A model generated the notes under the pieces. That model did no database searches. It saw only the letters and a list, made by a program, of their open reading frames with translations, and was not told the DNA's origin. Made by a program: the position numbers and the translations under genes. A stretch of DNA of 62,283 nucleotides, filler included. It is 5 parts of 5 records of this genome, joined end to end, with 100 filler letters (N's around TTAATTAATTAA, not from the genome) between each part and the next. Parts side by side here need not be neighbours in the genome. Positions count along the whole stretch, not along the records: positions 28,948 to 40,929 come from SRR20825019_1486; positions 41,030 to 49,089 come from SRR20825019_1487; 3 more parts are not named here. One strand, written 5' to 3'. This document shows positions 33,820 through 44,392 of the stretch, piece after piece. The first letter of the stretch is position 1. The number at the start of each line of letters is the position of its first letter.

Positions 33820-35330
33820 GGGCGGGCACCTTTTCTGGAAGAATTGAAGGAACGCAGATAGCGCAGGAGCGGGACCACGATGGCGACGAGCGTCAGGGCG
33901 AGGATCACCGCGGAGAAGGGTCGGGTCACGAAGGGCAGATAGGAGCCTCGGCCGTATTCGAGGGCGAGGCGCAACTGCTCTTCGGCCATGGGGCCGAGGA
34001 TAATGCCTAGGATCAGAGGCAGGATCGGAAAGCGCGCCACCCTCAAACCGTAGCCGAGAACCCCGAACGCCAACAGCGTGTAGACGTCGAACATACGGTT
34101 GTTCAGGACATAGCTGCCGATGACGCAGAGCACGAAGATGACGGAAACGATATACTGCGTGGGGATCGTCAACACCCGGATGATCGTGCCGATCAGCAGA
34201 TGGTAGAATATGGTGCAAAACGCGAAGGACACGAAAAAGGCGACAAAGATGAATGCGACATAGTCGCCGTTCATCACGAACAGCAGCGGTCCGGGTTCGA
34301 CATTGTGCAGCATCAGCGCCGACAGCAGCATGAGCGTCGAGGCATCGCCCGGAATGCCCAGCGTCAGCATGGGAATGAGGGAACCGCCCATCGAAGCGTT
34401 GTTGGCCGCCTCCGGCGAGACGATTGCCTCGGGTAGTTCTCCCGTCCCGAACTTCTCCGGCGTCTTCGAACTCGCCCGCGCCTGGCTGTAGGCCAGTATG
34501 TTGGACAGACCCGGGCCGACGCCCGGCAGGATTCCGATCCCGATGCCAATCAGCGTGGAGCGCAGCAGCGCCCATTTCACGCTCAGAACCTCTGTAAAGG
34601 CGCGCATAAACTCGGGCAGCCTGAAAGCCGTCTGCAGCCGGTTCACCGTCGCGCCGATGCGGTTCGTATCGAGAATAAGCTGCGGCAGCGCGAAGGCGCC
34701 GACCAGAGCGGGCAGCACATTGATACCGCCTTCGAAAGCGGCAACGCCGAAGCTGAACCGGGACGCGCCCACGCCGGTCGAATAGCCGATCATCGACAGA
34801 CACACGCCGAACATTGCGATGGCCACCGCCTTGAGCGTGTCGCCCTCCGAAAGGCTGGCAATGGTGAGAAACGTGAAAATAACGATCGCGAAATATTCCC
34901 ACGGGCCGAATTGCATCGCGAAACGCGACAGGGCGGGTGCGATCAGCACCAGCGCCAGACCGCTGATAACGCCGCCGATCATCGAGGCGTAGACGCCGAG
35001 ACCGAGCGCGCGGGAGAGCTGCCCCTTCTTGGCCATCGGATAACCGTCGAGACAGGTCGCGGCCGCGGCCGGCGTGCCCGGAATGTTGAGCACGATCGCC
35101 CCGACCAGCCCGCCCGAGATGGCGCCGCAATAGACGCCCATCAGCAATCCGATGGAGGATTCGAAATCCATCGTGAAAGTCAGCGGCACCAGCAGCGCCA
35201 GCGCCATGGTGGATGTGAGGCCCGGAATGGAGCCGATGACGAGACCCGCCGCCACGCCGGCCGCGATCATCACCAGCAGCATGGGGTTTGCCGCCAGATC
35301 GCCGAGGGCCGAAAAGATATAACCGCTCAT
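33816..35330 (-). CDS. tctA: Tripartite tricarboxylate transporter large permease TctA
   Basis: GSIPGL, NIPGTPAAAATCLDGYPM, PEAANNA, LTLGIPG. Confidence 0.95.
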   Translation of the reverse strand: MSGYIFSALGDLAANPMLLVMIAAGVAAGLVIGSIPGLTSTMALALLVPLTFTMDFESSIGLLMGVYCGAISGGLVGAIVLNIPGTPAAAATCLDGYPMAKKGQLSRALGLGVYASMIGGVISGLALVLIAPALSRFAMQFGPWEYFAIVIFTFLTIASLSEGDTLKAVAIAMFGVCLSMIGYSTGVGASRFSFGVAAFEGGINVLPALVGAFALPQLILDTNRIGATVNRLQTAFRLPEFMRAFTEVLSVKWALLRSTLIGIGIGILPGVGPGLSNILAYSQARASSKTPEKFGTGELPEAIVSPEAANNASMGGSLIPMLTLGIPGDASTLMLLSALMLHNVEPGPLLFVMNGDYVAFIFVAFFVSFAFCTIFYHLLIGTIIRVLTIPTQYIVSVIFVLCVIGSYVLNNRMFDVYTLLAFGVLGYGLRVARFPILPLILGIILGPMAEEQLRLALEYGRGSYLPFVTRPFSAVILALTLVAIVVPLLRYLRSFNSSRKGARP

Positions 35331-35340
35331 GATCCTTGCC

Positions 35341-35817
35341 TCATCCGCCCAGTGTCATTTCAGGGAGAAAGCTCTCCAGCCCGTAGACGACCACGAGATA
35401 GACGAACGCCGTTACCGCAACCGCGACCGATGCGGAGATCGCCAGGGATCGCGCATCGCGTTTGCCCAGAAGGAATGCGGTCGCCGTCATGAAAATGACC
35501 GAGGAGAGCATGAAACCGAGCGATCCGAAGGCCAGGACGAAAAGGACGGCGGCGACAAGGAACAGCACGCGCCGGCGACTGAAAATTTCGCCCCAGGCGG
35601 GGATGTACTGATCGGCGAAGCGCTTGCTCCAGACGACGGAACGGATCAGCAGAACCGCGAACAGGACCAGCGTGGCCACGATGAAGACCATCGGAATTGT
35701 GCGCGGCGAATAGAACTGGCTGACATTCGTGGCGCTCTGGATCTGCGGCAGTTGCGCCGCCAGCCCGAGCACGAGCAGGGTAAGCCCGCCCGTTATCAAC
35801 AAGTCGATGGATCTCAT
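35341..35817 (-). CDS. tctB: TTT small membrane subunit TctB
   Basis: 4-5 TM helices, SPRTIP motif, lies between tctC and tctA. Confidence 0.88.
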   Translation of the reverse strand: MRSIDLLITGGLTLLVLGLAAQLPQIQSATNVSQFYSPRTIPMVFIVATLVLFAVLLIRSVVWSKRFADQYIPAWGEIFSRRRVLFLVAAVLFVLAFGSLGFMLSSVIFMTATAFLLGKRDARSLAISASVAVAVTAFVYLVVVYGLESFLPEMTLGG

Positions 35818-35872
35818 GAGTTTTTCCCGAGTGATCTGACGGCCGCCGCCGCATGGCCACGATGGCGGTGAG

Positions 35873-35893
35873 AGAGCCGCGCAGAGCGCGGCT
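35873..35893. other. GC-rich stem-loop between tctC and tctB
   Basis: GAGCCGCGC-AGA-GCGCGGCTC; the usual position of an mRNA-stabilising hairpin after a binding-protein gene. Confidence 0.55.
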
Positions 35894-35910
35894 CGCGTTT
35901 CACGCTCGCG

Positions 35911-36879
35911 TCACTGGACCGAGTACTTCTTTATCAGATCCTTGTAGACCTTCATCTCGGCCTCGTTATAGGCTTCCACTTCGGCGGCATCCTTGTACAT
36001 CGCCTGAAAGCCCTTTTCCTCGAGCGCCGCGGCACACTCCTCGTCGGTGGCGGCCTTCTCCCAGGCCTCTCGCAAGACGTTCAGCGCTTCTTCGGGCGTG
36101 CCCTTGGGTGCCCAGGTAATGATGTTGACGCCGTAGGACACGTCGACGCCCTGCTCCTTGGCGGTCGTCGCGTCAGGCATCTGCTCGACGCGTTCGTCGG
36201 CAAGTATGGCGATGGGCTTGAGCTGGCCGGCCTCGATGTAAGGCTTGGCGGTCGCGAGATCCATCGTGGCAAGGTCGAGATTCCCCTGAAGGATGGCCAC
36301 CACGCGGTTCTTCGATCCGGCGAGGCCGATGATCTGTGTCTGAGCGATATCCATATCGTCGGCTTCCATCACGATCAGGGATGCGAAATGCGAAAGCCCG
36401 CCTAGCGCTGCGCCGACCTTCAGCTCGCCCGGGTTTTCGGCGATATAGGCCTTCATGCCGGCAAGGTCGTCGAACGGAACGTTGGCGTTTGCGAACACAC
36501 CCCATGGACCAAAGGCCGCCTGGGCAACCACGTCGTAATCGGAAGGCGCGTGCTCGGTCACGCCGCGGGCCGACAGCGCATGCAGCGACTGATGCTGCCA
36601 CAGCAGCTTGTAACCCGTAGGACGCTCCTTGACGACGGTATCCTCGGCGACGGCGCCCGCGCCGCCCGTGATGTTGCGGACGAGCACTTTTTCCGGAAGC
36701 ACCTTGTCGAGGCAGCCGGCGAAAACGCGCGCGGAGATATCGGACCCGCCGCCCGGGGCATAGGCCGCGATCAGTTCGATCGGCTTGTCGGGGAATGTCT
36801 GCGCGCCCGCCATCGGCGCCGTCATGGCCACCGCCGCTACCGCGACCGTGGCGCTCAGGGTTTTCACTCTATTAAACAT
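35911..36879 (-). CDS. tctC: TTT substrate-binding protein TctC/Bug
   Basis: Signal peptide, FPDKPIELIAAYAPGGGSD, NITGGAG, APKGTP; RBS GGAGGAG. Confidence 0.94.
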   Translation of the reverse strand: MFNRVKTLSATVAVAAVAMTAPMAGAQTFPDKPIELIAAYAPGGGSDISARVFAGCLDKVLPEKVLVRNITGGAGAVAEDTVVKERPTGYKLLWQHQSLHALSARGVTEHAPSDYDVVAQAAFGPWGVFANANVPFDDLAGMKAYIAENPGELKVGAALGGLSHFASLIVMEADDMDIAQTQIIGLAGSKNRVVAILQGNLDLATMDLATAKPYIEAGQLKPIAILADERVEQMPDATTAKEQGVDVSYGVNIITWAPKGTPEEALNVLREAWEKAATDEECAAALEEKGFQAMYKDAAEVEAYNEAEMKVYKDLIKKYSVQ

Positions 36880-36938
36880 GGGTCTCCTCCCTTTGTTGTT
36901 TTGATTGAACTGCTCTCTCAGTCCGAAACATCGGCGCC

Positions 36939-37649
36939 CTAGCGCTTCACCTCTCCCGTTTCGGACTGAATGACTCCGGTCTCGTAAGCCGTCTCGAAAG
37001 CTCGCGAGGTGTGCTGCATCAGGGCCTGCGCCAGCCGCGCGCCATCGCCGGCGCGGATGATGTCGATGATTTCTCCATGCTCGGCGTTGGAGCGCTCCTG
37101 ACGCTCCCGCGTGCGCTGGCCGATGGCGAAACACAGATAGATTCGCATCTGCAGGTTCATCGCGATCTCGCAGAGCACGGCGTTGTTGCTCGCCTCGATG
37201 ATGGCCTCATGGAAACGCCGGTTGATCTTGGCCCATCCCAGCATGTCGCCGGCTTCGCACAGACGACCCATTTCCTCGTGATGGCGCTGGATCTCCGCCA
37301 GTTGCGCCTGCGTGATCCGCTCCACAACCTGCACGGCCATCTTGTCCCACAGCCACCCCATGACCTCGACAAGCTCTCCGGCCTCGCGCGCATCAGGCAA
37401 GCTTAGAACGGCCCCGGCATTCGGGCGGGTTCTCACGAGGCCGCGGGCGGCGAGCATTTTTATCGCCTCGCGCAACGGCGTGCGCGATACGCCCAGAACG
37501 TCGCTCAGCGCCTTTTCGGTCAACCGGTCGCCGCCGCGAAGCTCGCCGGTGGCGATAAGGTCATTGATCATCTCGACCACCCGTTCCGGGAAGGGTGTCA
37601 CCTGCATTTCAGTCAGTGTGGAAAGCCCGTTATTGCCGCTCATCGCCAT
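36939..37649 (-). CDS. GntR/FadR-family (FCD) transcriptional regulator
   Basis: HTH LGVSRTPLREAI; FCD NRRFH and EH motifs. Confidence 0.93.
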   Translation of the reverse strand: MAMSGNNGLSTLTEMQVTPFPERVVEMINDLIATGELRGGDRLTEKALSDVLGVSRTPLREAIKMLAARGLVRTRPNAGAVLSLPDAREAGELVEVMGWLWDKMAVQVVERITQAQLAEIQRHHEEMGRLCEAGDMLGWAKINRRFHEAIIEASNNAVLCEIAMNLQMRIYLCFAIGQRTRERQERSNAEHGEIIDIIRAGDGARLAQALMQHTSRAFETAYETGVIQSETGEVKR

Positions 37650-37670
37650 GATCGCCTGCTTGCCTCTTAA

Positions 37671-37724
37671 TTGCATATTGCATACAATATACCTAGATGG
37701 TAATGGATTGCATACAATATGCAA
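37671..37724. promoter_or_regulatory. Candidate GntR operator sites in the divergent promoter
   Basis: ATTGCATACAATAT at 37677-37690 and 37707-37720; palindrome TTGCATA-CAA-TATGCAA at 37708-37724. Confidence 0.75.
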
Positions 37725-37748
37725 CAACTTTTTTGAGTGGAGGATAAA

Positions 37749-38327
37749 ATGAGTGTGGAACAGAACCGTCACGCCGCGGTGGCCGAGACGATCGACAAGG
37801 TCCGCGCGATCTGCGGATCCGGCAACATGAGCCGCGACAAACTGGGGCGGATTGAAGAGGTGCTGCTGGAGCTCGCGGCGCGGGAAGACCTTTTCCCCGA
37901 CAGTGAATTCGGAATTCCGGCGGACGAGAAAATTCGTCTCTATCGCATGGCCGAAGACCCGGACGGCAGCTTCGCGCTTTACCTTCACGCAGCCAATGTG
38001 CCTGCCGAAGTCGCTCCGCATAATCACGCGACCTGGGCCGCCATCGCCGGCATTGGAGGAGAGGAGACGAATTTCCTCTATGAGCGGAACAATGGCGACG
38101 CACCGGTTCTCACCGGCCAAAGGCCAATCCGAAAAGGCGAGTCGATCTCACTTATGCCCGACGATGTTCACTCCATTCGCGCAGGGGGGACGGAACCCCT
38201 GAAAAACCTTCATCTTTATGGCCTCGCCATGGAAAAGCTTCACGATCGTGAGTTCTGGGACGCCGAGCGCGCAGTCTGGACTCAGGTGCCGCCGACCTCC
38301 GGCATCATCGAGCGGAGGTCCGCATGA
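37749..38327 (+). CDS. Thiol (cysteine-type) dioxygenase-like cupin
   Basis: PHNHATW, DVHSI, LHLYG; three-His metal site. Confidence 0.85.
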   Translation: MSVEQNRHAAVAETIDKVRAICGSGNMSRDKLGRIEEVLLELAAREDLFPDSEFGIPADEKIRLYRMAEDPDGSFALYLHAANVPAEVAPHNHATWAAIAGIGGEETNFLYERNNGDAPVLTGQRPIRKGESISLMPDDVHSIRAGGTEPLKNLHLYGLAMEKLHDREFWDAERAVWTQVPPTSGIIERRSA

Positions 38328-39946
38328 CACCGCGTCTGACCGCTACAGAGGTCCGCGATCTGGCCGTAAAGGGCGGAGAATATGCATTTCTTGACATGCG
38401 CGAGGAGGGAGACTTCTGCAAGAAGCGTCTTATGCTGGCCTCCTGCCTGCCGCTCAGCCGGCTGGAGCTGCGCGCCCGCTTGCTAGTTCCGCGCCGTTCT
38501 ACCCCTGTTGTCATCATGGATGGCGCCAGCGATGGGCTGGCGGAGATCGGCGCCGGGCGGCTTTCCGCGCTCGGTTACGAGGACATCGCCATCCTCGACG
38601 GCGGGGTCGCGGCCTGGGAGGCCGCGGGACTACCGGTCTACAGCGGCGTCAATGTTCTGACAAAGGCTTTCGGGGAGGTCGTTCATCGTCAGTGCGGCAC
38701 GCCGGACATATCCGCCAGAGAACTCAAGGACTGGATTGATGACGGGAGGGATCTCGTCATTCTGGATGCGCGCCCCTATGCCGAGTATCACGAGCACACC
38801 ATTCCCGGTTCGATCTCCGTTCCGGGCGCGGAACTGGCGGCCCGCGCAGCGGAACTGGCCCCCTCGCCGGATACCACCATTGTCGTCAATTGCGCAGGCC
38901 GGACCCGCTCCATCATCGGCTGCCAGTCATTGATCAATGCGGGCGCGCCCAACAGGGTCCATGCCCTGCGCAACGGCACGATGGGTTGGAAGCTGGCCGG
39001 CTTCAGCCCGGAAACCGGGGCAACGCGCAATGCGGCCGCAAGCGAAACGCTCGACGCCGACGCGCTGCGCCTTCGCGCGCGCAGTCTTGCGGAAAAATTC
39101 GGCGTCGCGATACTCAACCCGCAAGACCTCGCAACATTGAAGGCGCCAGGAGACCGCAACGTCTATCTGTTCGATGTGCGCACGCCCGACGCGTTTTATG
39201 CCGGGCATATGGCGGGCAGCGTAAACGCCCCCGGCGGGCAGCTGGTGCAGGCCATGGATGACTATATAGCCGTGAGAAACGGCATTGTCGTCCTTGTCGA
39301 TCCTTTGCTCATGCGGGCCATCATGACCGCCTCCTGGCTCAATCAGGTGTCCCAATGCGAGACCTATGTCCTCGATCCGTGTCCGCCGCTTGGCGAAACC
39401 GGAAAGCCGGAATCGGCCGTCCTCAACTTGCCGGCGATACCCCGCATGACAGTTGCCGACCTGGCGGAACAACGGCGCAAGAATGCGAGAACGGCAGTCA
39501 TTGACTATTCCGTTTCTGTTCGTCATCGCGAGGGCCACATTCCGGGCGCCTTCTGGGCAGTCCGCGGACGCGAAGCCGCGCTTGCCGAGGCCGTGCTTGC
39601 CGAGGCCGTGGGGCCCGTCGACCAGATCGTGCTGACCGGTGAGGACACCGACCTGTTGCGGCTGGTCGCCCCGGAGATCGCAAAGGCAACGGGAGCGGTT
39701 GTCTCCTGCCTCGCAGAAGGCATTGAAGCCTGGAAGGACGCGGGCCACCCGGTCGAAACCGGAATGAGAAATCCAATCGGCCCGGTGAATGACGTTTGGT
39801 ACAAGCCTTTCGAGCTGGACGACCCGCAGGCCGAGAAAAAGGCGGCCGAAGCCTATCTGGACTGGGAGGTCGAGCTGACCGAAAAGGTTGCCCGCGACCT
39901 TGTCGATTTTCATCCAATGACTTTTGCAGGAAAGCATGAAGGATGA
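38324..39946 (+). CDS. Multi-domain rhodanese/sulfurtransferase
   Basis: Four repeats of D.R...H(I/M).GS-like motifs; Cys loop VNCAGRTRS; ATGA-coupled to the cupin. Confidence 0.9.
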   Translation: MTPRLTATEVRDLAVKGGEYAFLDMREEGDFCKKRLMLASCLPLSRLELRARLLVPRRSTPVVIMDGASDGLAEIGAGRLSALGYEDIAILDGGVAAWEAAGLPVYSGVNVLTKAFGEVVHRQCGTPDISARELKDWIDDGRDLVILDARPYAEYHEHTIPGSISVPGAELAARAAELAPSPDTTIVVNCAGRTRSIIGCQSLINAGAPNRVHALRNGTMGWKLAGFSPETGATRNAAASETLDADALRLRARSLAEKFGVAILNPQDLATLKAPGDRNVYLFDVRTPDAFYAGHMAGSVNAPGGQLVQAMDDYIAVRNGIVVLVDPLLMRAIMTASWLNQVSQCETYVLDPCPPLGETGKPESAVLNLPAIPRMTVADLAEQRRKNARTAVIDYSVSVRHREGHIPGAFWAVRGREAALAEAVLAEAVGPVDQIVLTGEDTDLLRLVAPEIAKATGAVVSCLAEGIEAWKDAGHPVETGMRNPIGPVNDVWYKPFELDDPQAEKKAAEAYLDWEVELTEKVARDLVDFHPMTFAGKHEG

Positions 39947-40857
39947 GCGCAACCCGAGTTCCGCTTCTGTGCTTGATCGACCTGCCCGCCGAGGCGGTCT
40001 CGGCCCTGCAGGAGCGCTATGAACTGCTGCGGCCCGAAGACGGTGCCTCCAATCGCTGTCGAGGCATCGTTACCGGCTATGGCGGAATGGTGGACGACGC
40101 CCTGCTGGCGCGCTACCCGAGCATCGAGATCATCGTATGCTTCACCTCCGGACGTGATATGGTCGATACCGAGGCGGCGTCCCGGAAGGGTATCGATGTC
40201 GTCTCGAACGGTGCGGCGCTGGCAGGCTCGGTCGCCGATCTGGCCCTTGCCTTGATGCTTGCAAGCGCGCGTGAACTGCCCGCGCTCGATGCCCATGTCA
40301 GATCCGGCCGATGGCGCGAAAAGCGCTACCGCCCGGGCATACTTCTTTCCGGGCAGCGGCTTGGGGTCGCGGGCTACGGGGCCATCGGCAATGGGATCAT
40401 CAGCCGCGCGATGGCCTTCGGCATGGAGGTAGCGACGTTCACGCGTCGCCCGCCGCGCGACAATCCTGTCCGGCATTTCAGCGATCTCAAGGCTATGGCG
40501 ACCTGGGCGGACTGGCTGGTGCTGGCCTTGCCGGGCGGACCATCCACCGACGGTATCGTGAATGAGGACGTGCTGAAAGCGTTGGGGGCCGAAGGCACGC
40601 TCATCAATGTCGGCCGCGGTTCCCTGGTGGACGAAGCGGCCCTCATCAGTATGCTCGAGGCACGCCAGATCGGAGGCGCTGCGCTCGATGTCTTCGAAGA
40701 CGAACCGGTGCCGAATCCGGCCTTCTCCAAGCTTGAGAACGTCATCCTTTCTCCGCATCAAGGCGCAAACACATCCGCCGCGCTTTCGCTCAGAAGCCAA
40801 GCCCTGCGTGAGATGCTCGATAACAAGTTCCAGGATGCGGCGGGCAAGCACAATTGA
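39943..40857 (+). CDS. D-isomer-specific 2-hydroxyacid dehydrogenase
   Basis: GYGAIG, INVGRG, LDVFEDEP, SPH. Confidence 0.93.
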   Translation: MSATRVPLLCLIDLPAEAVSALQERYELLRPEDGASNRCRGIVTGYGGMVDDALLARYPSIEIIVCFTSGRDMVDTEAASRKGIDVVSNGAALAGSVADLALALMLASARELPALDAHVRSGRWREKRYRPGILLSGQRLGVAGYGAIGNGIISRAMAFGMEVATFTRRPPRDNPVRHFSDLKAMATWADWLVLALPGGPSTDGIVNEDVLKALGAEGTLINVGRGSLVDEAALISMLEARQIGGAALDVFEDEPVPNPAFSKLENVILSPHQGANTSAALSLRSQALREMLDNKFQDAAGKHN

Positions 40858-40929
40858 TGAATGCGGGCCGCAGCAAAGCATGAATATCGGGGTACGATAG
40901 CCCTGCTGGAGATAGATCATGGCGACTAA

Positions 40930-41029
40930 NNNNNNNNNNNNNNNNNNNNNNNNNNNNNNNNNNNNNNNNNNNNTTAATTAATTAANNNNNNNNNNNNNNN
41001 NNNNNNNNNNNNNNNNNNNNNNNNNNNNN
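40930..41029. other. Artificial contig linker
   Basis: N-TTAATTAATTAA-N. Confidence 0.99.
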
Positions 41030-41521
<492 letters not shown>

Positions 41522-41562
41522 TTAATAGCTATTGTAAAATTATAAGATTCGTTGCTACAACA

Positions 41563-41609
41563 ATAGATAATCGATATTAAAATACTATTAAATAATAGTC
41601 ATCATCTAT
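41563..41609. promoter_or_regulatory. OxyR/LysR-type boxes upstream of katG
   Basis: ATAG-N7-CTAT at 41595-41609 plus further ATAG/CTAT tetrads at about 10-11 nt spacing. Confidence 0.55.
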
Positions 41610-41775
41610 TTTAATACATCGGAATAATATCTGTGCTGGACGCATCTGCATGCTTTCCTAAATTTAAGGATTTCTTTACTCATTCGTTAATTTATTATTT
41701 GATATTACTATTTGAATTATCTTTAAAGTACTAACTATTAAGAAACTGTATAAAAAAATAAAAACATCATTACAA

Positions 41776-42384
41776 ATGAAAAAATTACTCTTCCCTTTAG
41801 CCATTGTTCTATTTTTCGGTTTTACCAAAGATCCAGAAATTCAAATCGACTCAAAGGACAAAGAATGGATCATGAAACATTTAACGGAAAGTCGAGAACA
41901 CATGAAACAAGTACTGGATGGTCTTTCTGATGAACAACTCGACTACAAGCCCGACCCAACTTCGTGGTCCATCGCCGAAAATGTGGAACACTTGGCATTG
42001 ACGGAAAAAATGTTTGTTGAAATGCTCCATAAAAGTATTGCTGATGGCCCAAAACCAGAGCTAAAAGATTCCCTTGTTTTTAAAGATGACCAAATTATGC
42101 CCATGATAGCTGATAGGAGTCAAAAAGTTAAAACTGCAGAACCATTTGAACCTAGTGGTCAGTTTGGTTCTACGGAGGAGACCTTGGGCGCGTTGCTTGC
42201 CATACGCCAAGAACTTATGGAATATATTGAAACCACCGAGGATGATCTAAGAAACCGTTATGCAAAACTACCTTTTGGCACTGTTGATGCCGCCCAGTTC
42301 ATTGTTTTTATCGCAGGACATATGGAAAGGCACGTGCTACAAATGGAAGAGGTAATGGAAGACGAGGATTTTCCTCAAATGTAA
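41776..42384 (+). CDS. Exported DinB-family protein
   Basis: Signal peptide; WSIAENVEHL and HMERH motifs. Confidence 0.85.
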   Translation: MKKLLFPLAIVLFFGFTKDPEIQIDSKDKEWIMKHLTESREHMKQVLDGLSDEQLDYKPDPTSWSIAENVEHLALTEKMFVEMLHKSIADGPKPELKDSLVFKDDQIMPMIADRSQKVKTAEPFEPSGQFGSTEETLGALLAIRQELMEYIETTEDDLRNRYAKLPFGTVDAAQFIVFIAGHMERHVLQMEEVMEDEDFPQM

Positions 42385-42482
42385 TGTGAAAACTATAGGC
42401 TTTCCTTAACAATAATTGGCAAACCCTTTCCAGATTGGAAGGGGTTCTTTCTTTAATTTTGAGTAACAAAAAAAGAAACACT

Positions 42483-43013
42483 ATGAAACGTATACAACCT
42501 GTTATAATGCTGACCCTTTTTCTTTTCGCCATTTCTATATCGGCCCAAAGCAGAAAGGATGAAAAAATAATGGCGGACGCCGAAAAGGCAAAATCTACAC
42601 TGCTGGAAACAAGTCCAAGTTTGGAAGGCTTTTTTGAGAATTCTGCCGGTTACGTAATCTTCCCCAATGTTGGAAAAGGTGGTTTTATCATCGGTGGTGC
42701 ATCTGGTAACGGTGTGGTGTATGAAAACGGTGATGCCGTGGGAATGGCCGACCTTAAAAAATTGAACATTGGATTACAGGCAGGCGGACAGGCCATTATC
42801 GAAGTAATTTTCTTCGAGACCGATGTGGACCTGCAACGTTTTAAGACCGAAAAGTTCCAATTTGCGGCCGAGACTTCGGCAGTTGCCTTAAAATCGGGCA
42901 TAGCCTTTAACGCCAAGTACAAGGATGGTGTGGCCGTTTTTGCACTTCCGAAAGCGGGTCTTATGGCCGATGCATCTGTGGGTGGGCAAAAGTTTAGCTA
43001 TAAGGCGTTTTAA
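42483..43013 (+). CDS. Ysc84/SYLF-domain exported protein
   Basis: FPNVGKGGFIIGG, GLQAGGQ, GLMADASVGGQKF; signal peptide from MKRIQP. Confidence 0.85.
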   Translation: MKRIQPVIMLTLFLFAISISAQSRKDEKIMADAEKAKSTLLETSPSLEGFFENSAGYVIFPNVGKGGFIIGGASGNGVVYENGDAVGMADLKKLNIGLQAGGQAIIEVIFFETDVDLQRFKTEKFQFAAETSAVALKSGIAFNAKYKDGVAVFALPKAGLMADASVGGQKFSYKAF

Positions 43014-43017
43014 TATT

Positions 43018-44382
43018 TTAATCCCTAACCCCTGGGGTAAAATCCTCGGGGGCATTTTGGGGTAAATCCGTGGTGCCCGCTTCTCCCGAATCATTAAAAA
43101 TGATCCATTCACCAAAGGTGAAGGTTGGATTACCTTTCAAAATATCAGGATTGCGAACCGCTCTTCCATCCTCGAACTCATGGTTGGTTCCCGAGCCATC
43201 CTCTCCAATTACCCCGAACATATCGATTACGGTTCCGAAGGGGTCGACCAACTCCAAATTATCATCCCCATTGGAATCTGCAGGGCTGTTGGTGGATACT
43301 CCCAAATCGGGAGCAAAGCCATAGACAAGTTCAAATTCTGCCGCGTTGGGAGAAATCACCAATGTACTCTCGGCACCAATAATAAAACCCGACAAATCTA
43401 TAGTGGAGCTCACTTCTGTATTATCGTTGGTGTATCTGCGTAGCGTCCATAGGTTTAAATCCAATGGCTCGGAAGATGAGTTGTACAGCTCCACAAAACG
43501 AGCGCCTGCATTATTATCGGGGTCTGCCAATTCTGAAATAAAAATTTGATTGGAAGTGAACTCGGTGATAATCTCTGGGCAACGCTCTTCCGTAAAGTTT
43601 ACATCATCCAATGTTCGGATTACGAGTTTAGGGGTCTTACCGTCCTTGGTTAAGATTGCAGTAATCGTTCCGTTCGCTCCAGGCAACGGTTCGGCTTGGA
43701 AATCGGCATAACCACTGTTTATAAGTGTAATCTCGTTTTCTTCGCAATCCAGCAGGGTCCGTTCGGTTTCTTCTTGGGAAATGGCATAGGTTTCGCCCAA
43801 GGCTTCCTCCGCAAACTCCACATTTTGTAGTTCTACCAATATATTGGAGGGCAAACTATCTATTTCTGATATTGTTGCAAGCACAGGGTCGGGATTCCCT
43901 CCACCATCGCACGCCACAAAAAGATGCTCAAAAACCTTCCCCGAAGGCAACCTGCCGATGGAAAGGTTTCCAAAGGAAGAGAAAACGCTCCCGATTCGAA
44001 GGTTACTTCCTTTTTTGCCCAAATAAAGGTCTTTCAACTTTACCAAAACTTTGCTCCCCACTGGAAATTGCAAATGGGATTCCCTCAAATCCATTTCAAG
44101 TTGAAGGCCTGATTTTGGATTGCTTAGGGCATCTTGCAGATAAAGCACCCCGAAAAAATTCCCAGCACGGTCGGATGAGACTACATAACCTTCTAAAATC
44201 AAATCATCCAGAATCTGGACTGCATCATCTTGCACCAAGGAATCCAACTCGGAAAAAGTGATGTTGGACGCTATATCCGTTATGCAATTTCCTTTGATTT
44301 CATCAAAATCCCTTCCATCCACACAACATAAAAAGGAAATCAAAATGAAGGTTCCGATAATTTTTAAAATCACGTTTTTCAT
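43018..44382 (-). CDS. DUF5689-like lipoprotein with C-terminal lamin-tail domain
   Basis: Lipobox LCC; GYVVSSDRAGNF, SGYADF; LTD IFISELADP...FVELYN, ends TPG. Confidence 0.8.
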   Translation of the reverse strand: MKNVILKIIGTFILISFLCCVDGRDFDEIKGNCITDIASNITFSELDSLVQDDAVQILDDLILEGYVVSSDRAGNFFGVLYLQDALSNPKSGLQLEMDLRESHLQFPVGSKVLVKLKDLYLGKKGSNLRIGSVFSSFGNLSIGRLPSGKVFEHLFVACDGGGNPDPVLATISEIDSLPSNILVELQNVEFAEEALGETYAISQEETERTLLDCEENEITLINSGYADFQAEPLPGANGTITAILTKDGKTPKLVIRTLDDVNFTEERCPEIITEFTSNQIFISELADPDNNAGARFVELYNSSSEPLDLNLWTLRRYTNDNTEVSSTIDLSGFIIGAESTLVISPNAAEFELVYGFAPDLGVSTNSPADSNGDDNLELVDPFGTVIDMFGVIGEDGSGTNHEFEDGRAVRNPDILKGNPTFTFGEWIIFNDSGEAGTTDLPQNAPEDFTPGVRD

Positions 44383-44392
44383 AAGAAGTAGA

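Noticed and set aside
32635-35130. 831-aa enolase fusion protein
   Set aside because: The upstream part is an alternative frame over tctA; the real start is 33819
36939-38120. 393-aa extended GntR
   Set aside because: The extension is antisense to the cupin gene and crosses the promoter
29126-40920. Many long overlapping or antisense ORFs
   Set aside because: Expected shadow ORFs in high-GC DNA with no recognisable motifs
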